A DNA stretch of 63,962 nucleotides from Candidatus Iainarchaeum sp. (GCA_028701835.1 JAQVQA010000001.1:2752-66713), one strand, 5' to 3'; shown: positions 16,208-24,752, counted from the stretch's first letter. Numbers and translations are program-made. The notes: generated by a model not told the origin, from the sequence alone.

Positions 16208-17824
16208 ATGCAGTCAAATGGTTTGGATTTTAATAGTGGTTTTGATTCTAAAGAGAAAAGTAATTCTTTTGTTTATTTAACTAAAGTAGAATATTTTGAG
16301 AACAAGCATGAAATTTTAGTTGAATTTTCTTCTAAAAATAAAAAATTAATTAATCGTTTTCATTTTTTTCCTTTTGTTTATATTTCGTCTTTTTTAGATA
16401 AAAACAAACTTGTTGATTTGATTCTTGATTTTGGTTTTAAGGGATTTAGTCTAGAGGAAGAGGGTAATAATTTAGTTTTAAGGACTCTTTCTTTTTCTGA
16501 TTTAAAAAAAATTTGTAATTTAATTGCTGTTGTTTTGAATAAAAAACCAATAGTTTTGGACCCTTCTCGTTCGTTTTTAGTTGAAAAAAATTGGTCTTTT
16601 TTTGATGTTTTTGAAGAAATTAGTGGGGATCTATTTAAAGTTGATTTAACTGATGTTTTTTATCAAGAATCTTTTTTGAATGACTTTGATTTAAGTTCTT
16701 TTTTAACTAAAGGAATTCCTTTTTCTGATGCTTTTAGAATTAATGAAAATCAAGTAACTGATTTAATTAAATCTGCTGTTTGGGGTAATATTTTATCACT
16801 TCCTATTGAGTTAGTGCCTAATAGATTAGAAGATAAAATAGAATTGTTTCTTGAAAAAATATTTTTTAAAAATGCTCAATTGATTTCATTTGATTTTGAA
16901 AAAGAAATTTTTTTGGATCCTGGCTTTCAACCTTTTTTTAAAAAAGATAATTTATCCAAAATTGATTTTTCTTCTATTTGGTTTGATTTATTCTCAAATA
17001 ATTTTTTTAATATTGGCCCGGATTCAAAAAATTGTTCTTGTTGTTCTCCAGTTACTCTTGAGTCAAACAATATTTTGCCTTCTTCTTTGATTAGAGTTGA
17101 GTTTTTGGAAGATAACTTTTTCTTTGAATCTTCTTCCCCAAGTTTTTCTTTTAGTTTTCATACTAAAATGCCTTTTAAGAATTTAAGGGTAAATAAAAGG
17201 AAAGAGTTTTTTTTAAATTCTTTTCCAGTTGGACCTTTTTTTAAAGGGGATTTAGGGTTGATTCCTATTAATGATGCAAAAAATTTGATTAAGAATGAGG
17301 GGGTTAGAATTGTTTCAAGTAAGGATTCTTTAGCATTTATTCAAAACAATTTTTCTGTTGAGGGGGTTCATGAATTGAATTGGTTTTGCAAAAATAAAGA
17401 AAGTTTTTTTTCAAAGGAAGTTAAATTAATTAATTCAATTTTGAGTTCTTTGAATAATCTTATTGATTCTAACCAAAAAAGTCTTTTTTCAAAAAAAACA
17501 TTTGGTTTTTTTTACTCAAAAATTTTGCGTGATTCTCTTCAATCAATTTTTTTTAATATTCCTTTTCATTTGACTAATTCTTCATCTAAATTTTATTCTT
17601 ATTCTTTGGCTTGTTCAATTGTTTCAATTCAAGAAGCTACTCTTGCTAAGTTTTTAGAGTTTTCAAAAAATAATGGTTATAGGGTTATTCATGCAAATAA
17701 AAGTAATGCGTTTGTTAAAGGTTTTTCTTCATTAACTTTAACAAAATCTTTTGCTCAAAAACATGCTTTGCCTCAACCTCAAATAAGTGGTTTTGCAGGG
17801 GGTAGGAGCAAAAAGTTTTTGTGA
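16208..17824 (+). CDS. Degenerate family-B DNA polymerase homologue (motif C aspartates lost, no thumb domain)
   Basis: N-terminus YLTKVEYFENKHEILVEF..FHFFPFVYIS. Motif A-like KIDFSSIWFDLF, followed by NIGPDSKNCSCC and ILPSSL. Motif C region NNGYRVIHANKSNAFV aligns to G..ViYgDTDS.FV. The ORF ends about 40 aa later. The track ORF starts at a TTG at 16199. Confidence 0.5.
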   Translation: MQSNGLDFNSGFDSKEKSNSFVYLTKVEYFENKHEILVEFSSKNKKLINRFHFFPFVYISSFLDKNKLVDLILDFGFKGFSLEEEGNNLVLRTLSFSDLKKICNLIAVVLNKKPIVLDPSRSFLVEKNWSFFDVFEEISGDLFKVDLTDVFYQESFLNDFDLSSFLTKGIPFSDAFRINENQVTDLIKSAVWGNILSLPIELVPNRLEDKIELFLEKIFFKNAQLISFDFEKEIFLDPGFQPFFKKDNLSKIDFSSIWFDLFSNNFFNIGPDSKNCSCCSPVTLESNNILPSSLIRVEFLEDNFFFESSSPSFSFSFHTKMPFKNLRVNKRKEFFLNSFPVGPFFKGDLGLIPINDAKNLIKNEGVRIVSSKDSLAFIQNNFSVEGVHELNWFCKNKESFFSKEVKLINSILSSLNNLIDSNQKSLFSKKTFGFFYSKILRDSLQSIFFNIPFHLTNSSSKFYSYSLACSIVSIQEATLAKFLEFSKNNGYRVIHANKSNAFVKGFSSLTLTKSFAQKHALPQPQISGFAGGRSKKFL

Positions 17825-17967
17825 TATAACTTTTTTTGATATTTTTATTATTATAAATTCTTTTTTTAATCTTTTTTAAAGTGTTTTTTATGTTTTTTTG
17901 GGTTTTTAGCTACGTTTTTAAAGGTTGCTTTATGAAAGTTATTGTATTAAGCAGGGTTTTGATTTTT

Positions 17968-18174
17968 ATGGCTAGACTTACAAGATTTGAATTAACTAGG
18001 GTTTTGAGTGCAAGGTCTTTGCAATTGTCTTTAGGGGCACCGCCTTTGGTTAAGAGAACTAGTGAACTTAGTATGCTTGAAGTAGCTCAAAAAGAATTAG
18101 TTCAAAAAGTTTTGCCTCTTTCAGTTTTAAGAAAATTTCCTAATGGATTAATAAAGAGGATTGAATTAGTTTAA
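17968..18174 (+). CDS. rpoK: DNA-directed RNA polymerase subunit K (Rpo6/RpoK)
   Basis: MARLTRFELTRVLSARSLQLSLGAPPLV matches the RpoK/Rpb6 core. The upstream part of the track ORF (from 17881) is F-rich and unlikely to be coding. Confidence 0.75.
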   Translation: MARLTRFELTRVLSARSLQLSLGAPPLVKRTSELSMLEVAQKELVQKVLPLSVLRKFPNGLIKRIELV

Positions 18175-18204
18175 TGTATTTAATTGAATTTTTGGTGGTT
18201 TAAA

Positions 18205-18411
18205 ATGGGTAAGTCAGTAGCTAAACAGACTAAGTATAAGGGTGAAGTGTTAATTGAAGAGTTTCCTGATAGATTTGGGGAAAATTTTGAAAAAAACAAG
18301 ACTGAATTAAATAAAATCACTGATTTGCACTTATCAAAAACCACAAGAAATATTCTTGCAGGTTATATTGTTAGAGAAGCAAAAAAGAAGAAAGCAAATG
18401 AATTAAAATAA
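18205..18411 (+). CDS. rps17e: 30S ribosomal protein S17e
   Basis: MGKSVAKQTKYKGEVLIEEFPDRFGENFEKNK...SKTTRNILAGYIVR follows the eS17 pattern (MG..r.k..kr.a..l.e.y...f..dFe.NK...s...RN.iAGY.t). Confidence 0.7.
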   Translation: MGKSVAKQTKYKGEVLIEEFPDRFGENFEKNKTELNKITDLHLSKTTRNILAGYIVREAKKKKANELK

Positions 18412-18450
18412 TTTGTTTATTTTTTTTTATTCTTTTTTTTTATCATTTTT

Positions 18451-20892
18451 TTAGTTTATTGATATGTCTTCTAATTGGGTTGTTTCGTCATTATTTTTGT
18501 CTCTCTTTAGTAGGTATAAGTTGCTTGAAGCTGCCTTTTCAAGGTTTTTTTCGTGGGTTATTATGAATATTTGTTCAACTAGCTTAGGCATTTCTTCTCT
18601 TAGCATTTCACTTAATTTTGTAATTGCATTATAATCTAAATTGTGTGTGGGTTCATCAAGAATTAACATAGATAATTTTTTGGTTAATACTAACGAGAAA
18701 GCAATTCTTATGCAAAGAGCAGCTGCGCTTCGCTCTCCTCCAGAAAGTATTCCTTCAACCCTAATCCATTCATTATTTCTTGTTAAAACTTCTAGATCAT
18801 ATCCTTGAGGGACAACACTTAGTCTAGCATTGGTAAAGTCTTTGTAAGGATATATTTCTTGCCAAATTGTTGTCATTGCTTTATTGATTGTATCAAGCAT
18901 AGCCTCTCTTAGTTCAATTTGTGTTGCAATTAAACAATTAGAAAAAACACTTATTTGTTGTCCTGCTTGTAAAGATTTTTTAACTTGTTTTTCTTGTTGT
19001 TCGATAGATTTTTTTATTAGTTCAATTTTTTTTAAATTATTATTATAACTTGTTATTAAATCTATTTTGGATTTTATTTTTTCTGTTATTAACTCAAATT
19101 CGTTCTTTAAGGAATATATTTCTTCTCGAGTTTTTTCAAGTATTTTTTTATCAAAAGAATTTTCTAGCAAGTTTTTTTTATTTAACTCTAGTTCTTCTTC
19201 TTCTTTTTTCAATTGTTGTTCTTTGTATTTTTTTTCAATAGCATTTTTGAGTTCTTGTTCTTTAAATTTAATATTGTTAATTAATTCACTTTGTTTTTTT
19301 TCGATTAAAATTTTTCTTTCTCTAAGTTCTTCGAGTTTTTCTTCACTAAATTTAAGTTCTTCAATTTGTTTTTTTAATTTGGGGGTTTCTTCTTCAAGAT
19401 TTTTTAGTTGATTCGCTTTTTCTTCGAGTTCTTTGATTTTTCTTTCAAAAGATTCTAATAAATACTTTTCTTTTGTATTTTGTTCATGTTTTTCTTTGAT
19501 CTCGTTTAGTTCTTTGTTTATTCTTATTTTTTCATTATTATTTATATTTTTTTCTTTAATTAATTCGTTTAGTTGTTTTTCTAAAAAAAGTTTTTTTTCG
19601 TCCAAATCTTTTTTTAAAGTATTTTTGTGCAATTCTGTCATTTCTTGTTTACAAGTAGGGCATTTTCCAATTAATTTGTTAATTTCTTTCTCTTCTTTGA
19701 TTATTTTACCAATCTCATATTCTTTTATTTTTAATTCTTCTCCGATTTCTTTTTCCTTTTTTAATATGTGTTTTTCTATCTCTTCAAATTCTCCTTTTTT
19801 TGTTTTTAATTCTTCTTCAACTTTTTTATTAAATTCAATATTTTCTTTAATACTTTTTGGGAGTGTATCGGCTTTAGAAAATTCTTCTTTTAATGATTCT
19901 ATTTTTGACTCAAATTTAATTAAAACTTCGTTTAATTTTTTATATTCTCTTTCTTTTTTGATTTCAATTTGCAGTAAATCATCTTCTTTAATTAATTCAT
20001 TTTTTTTTAATTCTTCTTCTTGTTTTAGCAGATTAATATCACTTAATATTTTTTCTTCATTTATTGATTCATTTTTTATTAAAAATTCTTTTATTGAATT
20101 AATTCTTTCAACTGTTTTGGTAATATTTTCTTCAAGTTTTTTTTCTATTTTTTCTTTTTCAAGCAAAAAATTGTATTCTTTTTCAATTAAAGGTAATTTT
20201 GATTGAATTTTGTCTTTTTTTTCTTTTAGGATAATTGATGTTTTTTCTTCTTCTTGAATCAATTGTCTTATTTTTTCTTCTTCTTGCGAATGAATTGTTT
20301 CTTTTTGTTGTTTTATAAATTCTTCTCTTTGTTTATTCTCTTTAATTAAATCATTTTGAAGAGATACTGCGTTTTTTCTTGCTTCTTCATATTTTTCAAG
20401 TTCAAGTAGCTCATCAAATTTTTTCTTTCTTTCGGAGGGGGTTAATTTTAAGAAAAAATCCATTTCGTTTTGTTCTGCATATACAGCTCTGCTAAATAAT
20501 TCATAGTTAATTCCTAGTAATAATTCAATTTTTTCATTTACATCTTTTTGTTTTGGTCCTGCAATTAATTTATTGTCTTCGTATAGTTTTGCTTCGTTGG
20601 TAGAATCTTTTTTAATTATTCTTTCTACAGTGTATATTTTATTATTTTGAGTGAATTCTAACTTTGTTTTGGTTTGGTTTTGGGGGTTTGGTTTGTTCAT
20701 TATTACTTCTTCAAGAGAAATACTCCTGTTTTTTAGTTGAGGGAACGTTCCAAAAAGAGAGTAACTTATTGCGTTTACTATGGAACTTTTTCCTGAACCC
20801 ATTACTCCTATTATTACATTAGTTCCTTTTCCAAATTCAAGTGTGTTTTCTTTATGGGTTCTCCAATTAATTAAAGTTATTGAATTTAGCAT
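18451..20892 (-). CDS. rad50: Rad50 ATPase (SMC-like, zinc hook)
   Basis: N-terminal LINWRTHKENTLEFGKGTNVIIGVMGSGKSS (Walker A). Long K/E coiled coil with a central CPTC zinc hook. C-terminal LSGGERSAAALCIRIAF signature and LILDEPT Walker B. Confidence 0.85.
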   Translation of the reverse strand: MLNSITLINWRTHKENTLEFGKGTNVIIGVMGSGKSSIVNAISYSLFGTFPQLKNRSISLEEVIMNKPNPQNQTKTKLEFTQNNKIYTVERIIKKDSTNEAKLYEDNKLIAGPKQKDVNEKIELLLGINYELFSRAVYAEQNEMDFFLKLTPSERKKKFDELLELEKYEEARKNAVSLQNDLIKENKQREEFIKQQKETIHSQEEEKIRQLIQEEEKTSIILKEKKDKIQSKLPLIEKEYNFLLEKEKIEKKLEENITKTVERINSIKEFLIKNESINEEKILSDINLLKQEEELKKNELIKEDDLLQIEIKKEREYKKLNEVLIKFESKIESLKEEFSKADTLPKSIKENIEFNKKVEEELKTKKGEFEEIEKHILKKEKEIGEELKIKEYEIGKIIKEEKEINKLIGKCPTCKQEMTELHKNTLKKDLDEKKLFLEKQLNELIKEKNINNNEKIRINKELNEIKEKHEQNTKEKYLLESFERKIKELEEKANQLKNLEEETPKLKKQIEELKFSEEKLEELRERKILIEKKQSELINNIKFKEQELKNAIEKKYKEQQLKKEEEELELNKKNLLENSFDKKILEKTREEIYSLKNEFELITEKIKSKIDLITSYNNNLKKIELIKKSIEQQEKQVKKSLQAGQQISVFSNCLIATQIELREAMLDTINKAMTTIWQEIYPYKDFTNARLSVVPQGYDLEVLTRNNEWIRVEGILSGGERSAAALCIRIAFSLVLTKKLSMLILDEPTHNLDYNAITKLSEMLREEMPKLVEQIFIITHEKNLEKAASSNLYLLKRDKNNDETTQLEDISIN

Positions 20893-20920
20893 AAAATATT
20901 ATTGTTTAGTTAATCATTAA

Positions 20921-20950
20921 AAACAAGCAGGGGTATTTCCTAGCTTGTTT
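20921..20950 (-). terminator. Hairpin plus short T-run after the aEF-1beta gene
   Basis: On the minus strand, AAACAAGC...GCTTGTTT stem followed by TTTTT, 16 nt downstream of the stop at 20966. Confidence 0.4.
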
Positions 20951-20965
20951 TTTTCAAATTTTGCA

Positions 20966-21226
20966 TTAAGATATTATTGTAGTCATTTCTATTTCAGCTT
21001 GATTAATTAGTGGAACTGATTTTACTGCCTCTTCTAATTTATTCATTACCCCTTCTTCTTTGTCAGAAATTAAGTAACCGGCTCTTATGACTTCTATCCC
21101 AAATCCAATTGGTTCTCTTTTTAAATCTTTAAATTCGCCTTGAGTTATTTCTTTTAAAGATTTTTCTACAGCATCTAGATTTTCAGGGTCTGCAAAAACC
21201 TTGAAGATTATCATTATTTTACCCAT
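20966..21226 (-). CDS. Translation elongation factor aEF-1 beta
   Basis: 86 aa. IIFKVFADPENLDAVEKSLKEI...REPIGFGIEVIRAGYLISDKEEG...AVKSVPLINQAEI fits the aEF-1beta fold pattern. Confidence 0.75.
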   Translation of the reverse strand: MGKIMIIFKVFADPENLDAVEKSLKEITQGEFKDLKREPIGFGIEVIRAGYLISDKEEGVMNKLEEAVKSVPLINQAEIEMTTIIS

Positions 21227-21253
21227 TTTTTCGCTTCCTTTCTTTGCTTAGTT

Positions 21254-21409
21254 TTAGGGGCCTATAAAGCCACATTCTTTACATTTGTATTCTTTTGAAT
21301 CTTCTTTACAGCTTGCGCATCTTATTATAGTAGTTTTTCCGCAACCAGGGCATTTGAATTCAATGTGGTTGCTTGTAACAACTTTATTGCATGTTGTGCA
21401 TGTCTTCAT
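21254..21409 (-). CDS. Zn-ribbon protein (COG2888-like, the usual neighbour of aEF-1beta); absent from the ORF track because it is under 60 aa
   Basis: Hand translation gives MKTCTTCNKVVTSNHIEFKCPGCGKTTIIRCASCKEDSKEYKCKECGFIGP, with four CxxC pairs. GGTGAGAATA precedes the ATG. Codon usage is minus-strand type. Confidence 0.65.
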   Translation of the reverse strand: MKTCTTCNKVVTSNHIEFKCPGCGKTTIIRCASCKEDSKEYKCKECGFIGP

Positions 21410-21464
21410 TATTCTCACCTTTCAACAAGACTTTTAAACTCTCGAGTATAATAATTCTTTAGTA

Positions 21465-21482
21465 GAACCTTTAAAAAGGTTC
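21465..21482. promoter_or_regulatory. Palindromic TATA-like element GAACCTTT-AA-AAAGGTTC between the divergent Zn-ribbon/aEF-1beta genes and tRNA-Arg
   Basis: Perfect 8-bp arms around TTTAAAAA, ending 23 nt upstream of the tRNA-Arg 5' end and about 56 nt from the Zn-ribbon ATG. Confidence 0.35.
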
Positions 21483-21504
21483 ATTTTGGGGTTAAAATAA
21501 ATCG

Positions 21505-21576
21505 GGGCCTATGTGGCAAAGGATAACCGGCGGGACTTCGGATCCCGAGATGGGGGTTCGATTCCCTCTAGGCCCG
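21505..21576 (+). tRNA. tRNA-Arg (anticodon UCG)
   Basis: The 72-nt cloverleaf folds by hand: GGGCCTA/TAGGCCC acceptor, anticodon arm CGGGA-CTTCGGA-TCCCG, 4-nt variable loop, T-arm GGGGG-TTCGATT-CCCTC, discriminator G. The D-stem has one wobble and one 13:22 mismatch. Confidence 0.8.
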
Positions 21577-21680
21577 CTTAATCAAATTCAAATAAAAGTT
21601 TGGAGATGCGCAATTAAGCGTAGCTTAATGGACGCCCATGCAAACAGTGGTTTGCTAGGGCAATACCTTTAATAAAGGGG

Positions 21681-21709
21681 TTTATGGTGTTTGATTCCCT
21701 CTTGGCCCG
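21681..21709 (+). repeat. Decayed duplicate of the last ~29 nt of tRNA-Arg (T-arm 3' part plus acceptor 3' strand), followed by T5
   Basis: TTTATGGTGTTTGATTCCCTCTTGGCCCG compared with GAGATGGGGGTTCGATTCCCTCTAGGCCCG. GATTCCCTCT.GGCCCG is identical apart from one base. No matching 5' acceptor strand was found. Confidence 0.6.
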
Positions 21710-21790
21710 TTTTTATTATTTTTTTTAGAAAGCAATTATTTTTTTCAAAAAAAGTTTGAATTTTTTTTTTGAATTATTTTGTTTTTGTTG

Positions 21791-23170
21791 TTATTCAAAT
21801 CTTTCTTTTCCAATTAAATATTGTGTTAAGTATTTTGCAAAATCTTTTTTATATTCTTTTAATATTTCTTTCTCTTCAAGCACTATTGCTTTTTTTAAAC
21901 TTTTTTTAATGGTTTTTTTCTCTGTTTTGGTTTCTTTTTTTATTTCTTTTTCTAAAAAAATCTTTGCTTTAGTATACTCTCGCTCTATTTCAAGTATTAA
22001 TCTTTCATCTTCTATTCTTGGTCCTGAAATAATTTTTCTTTTTTTGTCTAAAAATTTTTTTGAGTTTTCTTCGTCACTCGCTTTTGGTCCAAATATTTTT
22101 TTTGATTTTTGAAGGGTTAATGTTTCAAGTTCAAATAGAATAAATACTTCTTTTTCATTGCTCCATGTAGTTGACCGAGTTACTTTAAAATCGTTTTCTT
22201 CTAATTGGGTTTTTAGTTTTTTTTCTTCTCTTCGTAATTGTCCCCAAAAAATATCCGGTAATTCATTTTCTAAAAAAGGCATCTTTACTGCAATTAATTC
22301 TCGTTGTTCTAAAAGTTCTTTTATTTTTTTTATTGGGAGCGGGATTATTTTTTTTGGAAAAAAGAATTTAATGTTTGGGTTTTTTAAGAATTTTTTTGAA
22401 GCATGTATCATTCTTTGGAATTGTTCTTCACTTAACGCAGATGCAACATTTCGTTTTTCATCAACTGGATCAATTATGATTAAAGGAAATTTTTGGTTTT
22501 TAAAAATATTTTTTATTTCTTCTTCATTTATTTTTTTTGTGATATTGATTATGTGTCCTGGCTTCATTTCACTTATTCCTTTTATTGCTTTTTTGAATGA
22601 ACTATAATATAGTACTAATAACTCTACTCCGTATCCGGGTAGAGAGCAGTTTTTCAAATCTGCTCCGTATGCGCCTATTCCTTTTAAAAATTGTTTAAGC
22701 AATCTAGCATCTTTTTTTTGGTTTTCACTCATTTTTTCTAGTAAAAATTTGTTGTGTAGTGGGGTTCTGTCTACTGCACTTTTTTTCTCAGCACCAGATT
22801 TGACAATGTAACTAGGCACTATTTCTATTTCGAATCCATCTATTTCTCCTCTTAGGTAGGGGTGTTGGGAGTATGCTTTTTCCCATTTTGATCCTTTAAA
22901 TAGTTTTTTTGCTGTTTTTAGTCCTTCTTTTTCAAGTTCTTCTTCGCTTAGTTCTTTGTTGAACATTATGAATAAATCAAGGTCTCTGTCTTTGCATAAG
23001 TGGGTTCCTCTTGCACTTGAACCGCACCATTCTAAGTATGAATGTTTTCCTTTTATTTTTAACAATTTTTTTCTTATTTTTTCAACCATTTTTTGTTCTA
23101 ATATTATTTCTTTTTTAGTTGGCGTTATTTTTTTTAAGACTATTGAAAGTATTTTTTTCATCTTTTTCAC
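21791..23170 (-). CDS. cca: CCA-adding enzyme (archaeal class I tRNA nucleotidyltransferase)
   Basis: GSSARGTHLCKDRDLDLFIMF nucleotidyltransferase motif, SQHPYLRGEIDGFEIEIVPSY, and VDRTPLHNKFL. Confidence 0.8.
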   Translation of the reverse strand: MKKMKKILSIVLKKITPTKKEIILEQKMVEKIRKKLLKIKGKHSYLEWCGSSARGTHLCKDRDLDLFIMFNKELSEEELEKEGLKTAKKLFKGSKWEKAYSQHPYLRGEIDGFEIEIVPSYIVKSGAEKKSAVDRTPLHNKFLLEKMSENQKKDARLLKQFLKGIGAYGADLKNCSLPGYGVELLVLYYSSFKKAIKGISEMKPGHIINITKKINEEEIKNIFKNQKFPLIIIDPVDEKRNVASALSEEQFQRMIHASKKFLKNPNIKFFFPKKIIPLPIKKIKELLEQRELIAVKMPFLENELPDIFWGQLRREEKKLKTQLEENDFKVTRSTTWSNEKEVFILFELETLTLQKSKKIFGPKASDEENSKKFLDKKRKIISGPRIEDERLILEIEREYTKAKIFLEKEIKKETKTEKKTIKKSLKKAIVLEEKEILKEYKKDFAKYLTQYLIGKERFE

Positions 23171-23222
23171 TTTTTAGAATAACTTATATACTTCTTTTTT
23201 GTATATATAAAAGTGTTTTTTG

Positions 23223-24752
23223 ATGAAGTTTACTGATGTTAAATTAAAACTTCTTGAAAGTAATTCTTTTGCAGATATTCATGCAGGTGTTGCAAATAAT
23301 TTTTATTCGCCTAAAGAACCTATTTTTTCAGAAAAAGAAAAGAATTTAGCTGATCTTTTGATTAAGGAAATTAAGAAGGGTTCTGTTTTTAGAAAAAAAA
23401 TTGAAGGGGTTTCAAGTGATTTTAATGAAGATTTTTTGGATGATGTTGTTTCTTATGTTCAATTAAATGGTTTGAGTGAGAAGCTTCCCTCTAAGAATGA
23501 TTTTATTTTTTTGTTTGATGCTTTAAACAATCTTGTTTCTAAAATAAAATTTATTGTTGACAAGCATTTGTTTTCAGAGTATGTTTTGTATAATTCAATT
23601 GGTTTGAGGCAATTTTCTTTTTTTTCTCTCGATGAGGATTTGGAAGAGTTGATGATTAATTCTCCTAAGAGTGTTTTTGTTTTTCATAAAAAGTATGGTA
23701 TGTGTAGGGTTGAAATTGAGGTTAGTGATAAGGATTTGGATGATGTTATTCAAAAGATTGCTTTAACTATTAAAAAGAATTTTGGAGGAAGTAATGCTGT
23801 TTTGGATGCTAGGCTTCCTGATGGTTCTAGAGTTAATGCTACTGTTAGTGAGTTATCTCCTACCGGGTCTACTTTGACTATTAGAAAATTTTCGGTTATT
23901 CCTCTTACAATTCTTGATTTGATTGAGAATGGTACTATTTCTAGTGAGGCTGCTGGTTTTTTGTGGTTGATGGTTGATGGTATGGGTAATTCTCCTCAAA
24001 ATGTTTTAGTAGCAGGGGGTACTGCGAGTGGGAAAACTACTTTTTTAAATATTTTATCAAATTTTGTTAGATTGAGTGATAGAATTATTTCTATTGAAGA
24101 TACTATCGAATTGTCTTTGCTTGCTCGTGAGAATTGGGTTGCGCTTGAATCTAGAAGTAATCCTAATGCAGAGGTTTTAATGGATTCTCTTTTGAAAAAT
24201 GCTATGCGTATGCGTCCTGATAGATTGATTATTGGGGAGGTTAGGGGTAGTGAAGCACTTTCTTTGTTTAATGCGATGGATACTGGTCATCAGGGTTGTA
24301 TGGGGACAATTCATGCTAATAATGCTAGGGAAGCTGTTGTTAAACTCCAAGAAAAACCTTTGTCTGTTCCAGAATCTATGATTCCTCTTCTTGATTTGAT
24401 TGTGGTAATGCAAAGAAGGTATTCTAAAGAGAGGGGTATGCAAAGGAGGATTACGCAAATTGTTGAGCTTTCAAGAATGGATGATAAGGTTCTTTTTGGT
24501 TCTTTGTTCGAATTTGATGAAAAAAGTGATTCTTTAAAGAGGACGGGTATTTCTGGTACTCTTCTTGAAGAGATTGCAAAAAATAATTCTATTTCTAAAG
24601 CAGTTGTAATGAATGAAATTATTATTAGAAAAAAAATTCTTGAATGGATGATTAGTCAAGATATTAGAAAGCCTTTAGAGGTTTTGGAAGTTATTGATAC
24701 TTATTACTATAATCCTGAGAAGGTTCTAAAAACAATTACTGAAACAAATTAA
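23223..24752 (+). CDS. Type IV pilus/archaellum-type secretion ATPase (PilB/ArlI/VirB11 superfamily), orphan copy
   Basis: Walker A VAGGTASGKTTFLN, LDARLPDGSRVNAT, RPDRLIIGEVRGSEA, and His box GCMGTIHAN. No PilC or pilin gene is adjacent. Confidence 0.8.
   Translation: MKFTDVKLKLLESNSFADIHAGVANNFYSPKEPIFSEKEKNLADLLIKEIKKGSVFRKKIEGVSSDFNEDFLDDVVSYVQLNGLSEKLPSKNDFIFLFDALNNLVSKIKFIVDKHLFSEYVLYNSIGLRQFSFFSLDEDLEELMINSPKSVFVFHKKYGMCRVEIEVSDKDLDDVIQKIALTIKKNFGGSNAVLDARLPDGSRVNATVSELSPTGSTLTIRKFSVIPLTILDLIENGTISSEAAGFLWLMVDGMGNSPQNVLVAGGTASGKTTFLNILSNFVRLSDRIISIEDTIELSLLARENWVALESRSNPNAEVLMDSLLKNAMRMRPDRLIIGEVRGSEALSLFNAMDTGHQGCMGTIHANNAREAVVKLQEKPLSVPESMIPLLDLIVVMQRRYSKERGMQRRITQIVELSRMDDKVLFGSLFEFDEKSDSLKRTGISGTLLEEIAKNNSISKAVVMNEIIIRKKILEWMISQDIRKPLEVLEVIDTYYYNPEKVLKTITETN

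Noticed and set aside
16886-16906. SFDFEKE in the PolB-like protein as an ExoI (FDIET) exonuclease motif
   Set aside because: It lies only about 25 residues before the motif A-like segment, whereas ExoI should be roughly 250 residues upstream of motif A. No ExoII or ExoIII partners are seen.
16199-17824. The 541-aa ORF as the missing Mre11
   Set aside because: No calcineurin-like phosphoesterase motifs (DxH, GDxxDR, GNHD/E, GH) are present. The motif order fits a PolB palm instead.
19050-20206. Long + strand ORFs (63, 114 and 257 aa) inside the rad50 region
   Set aside because: They are antisense to the K/E-rich coiled coil of rad50. A-rich sense codons (AAA, GAA, AAT) give stop-free F/S/L antisense frames. 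The products are pure low complexity. The same explanation applies to 4111-4498, 9361-9642, 10050-10751, 22158-22607, 29123-29587, 36280-36801 and 41063-41449.
21601-21709. A complete second tRNA (possibly intron-containing) downstream of tRNA-Arg
   Set aside because: There is no 5' acceptor strand complementary to TTGGCCC and no D-arm or anticodon arm. The T-stem of the copy does not pair, and a 9-nt insertion in the T-loop is too short for a BHB intron.
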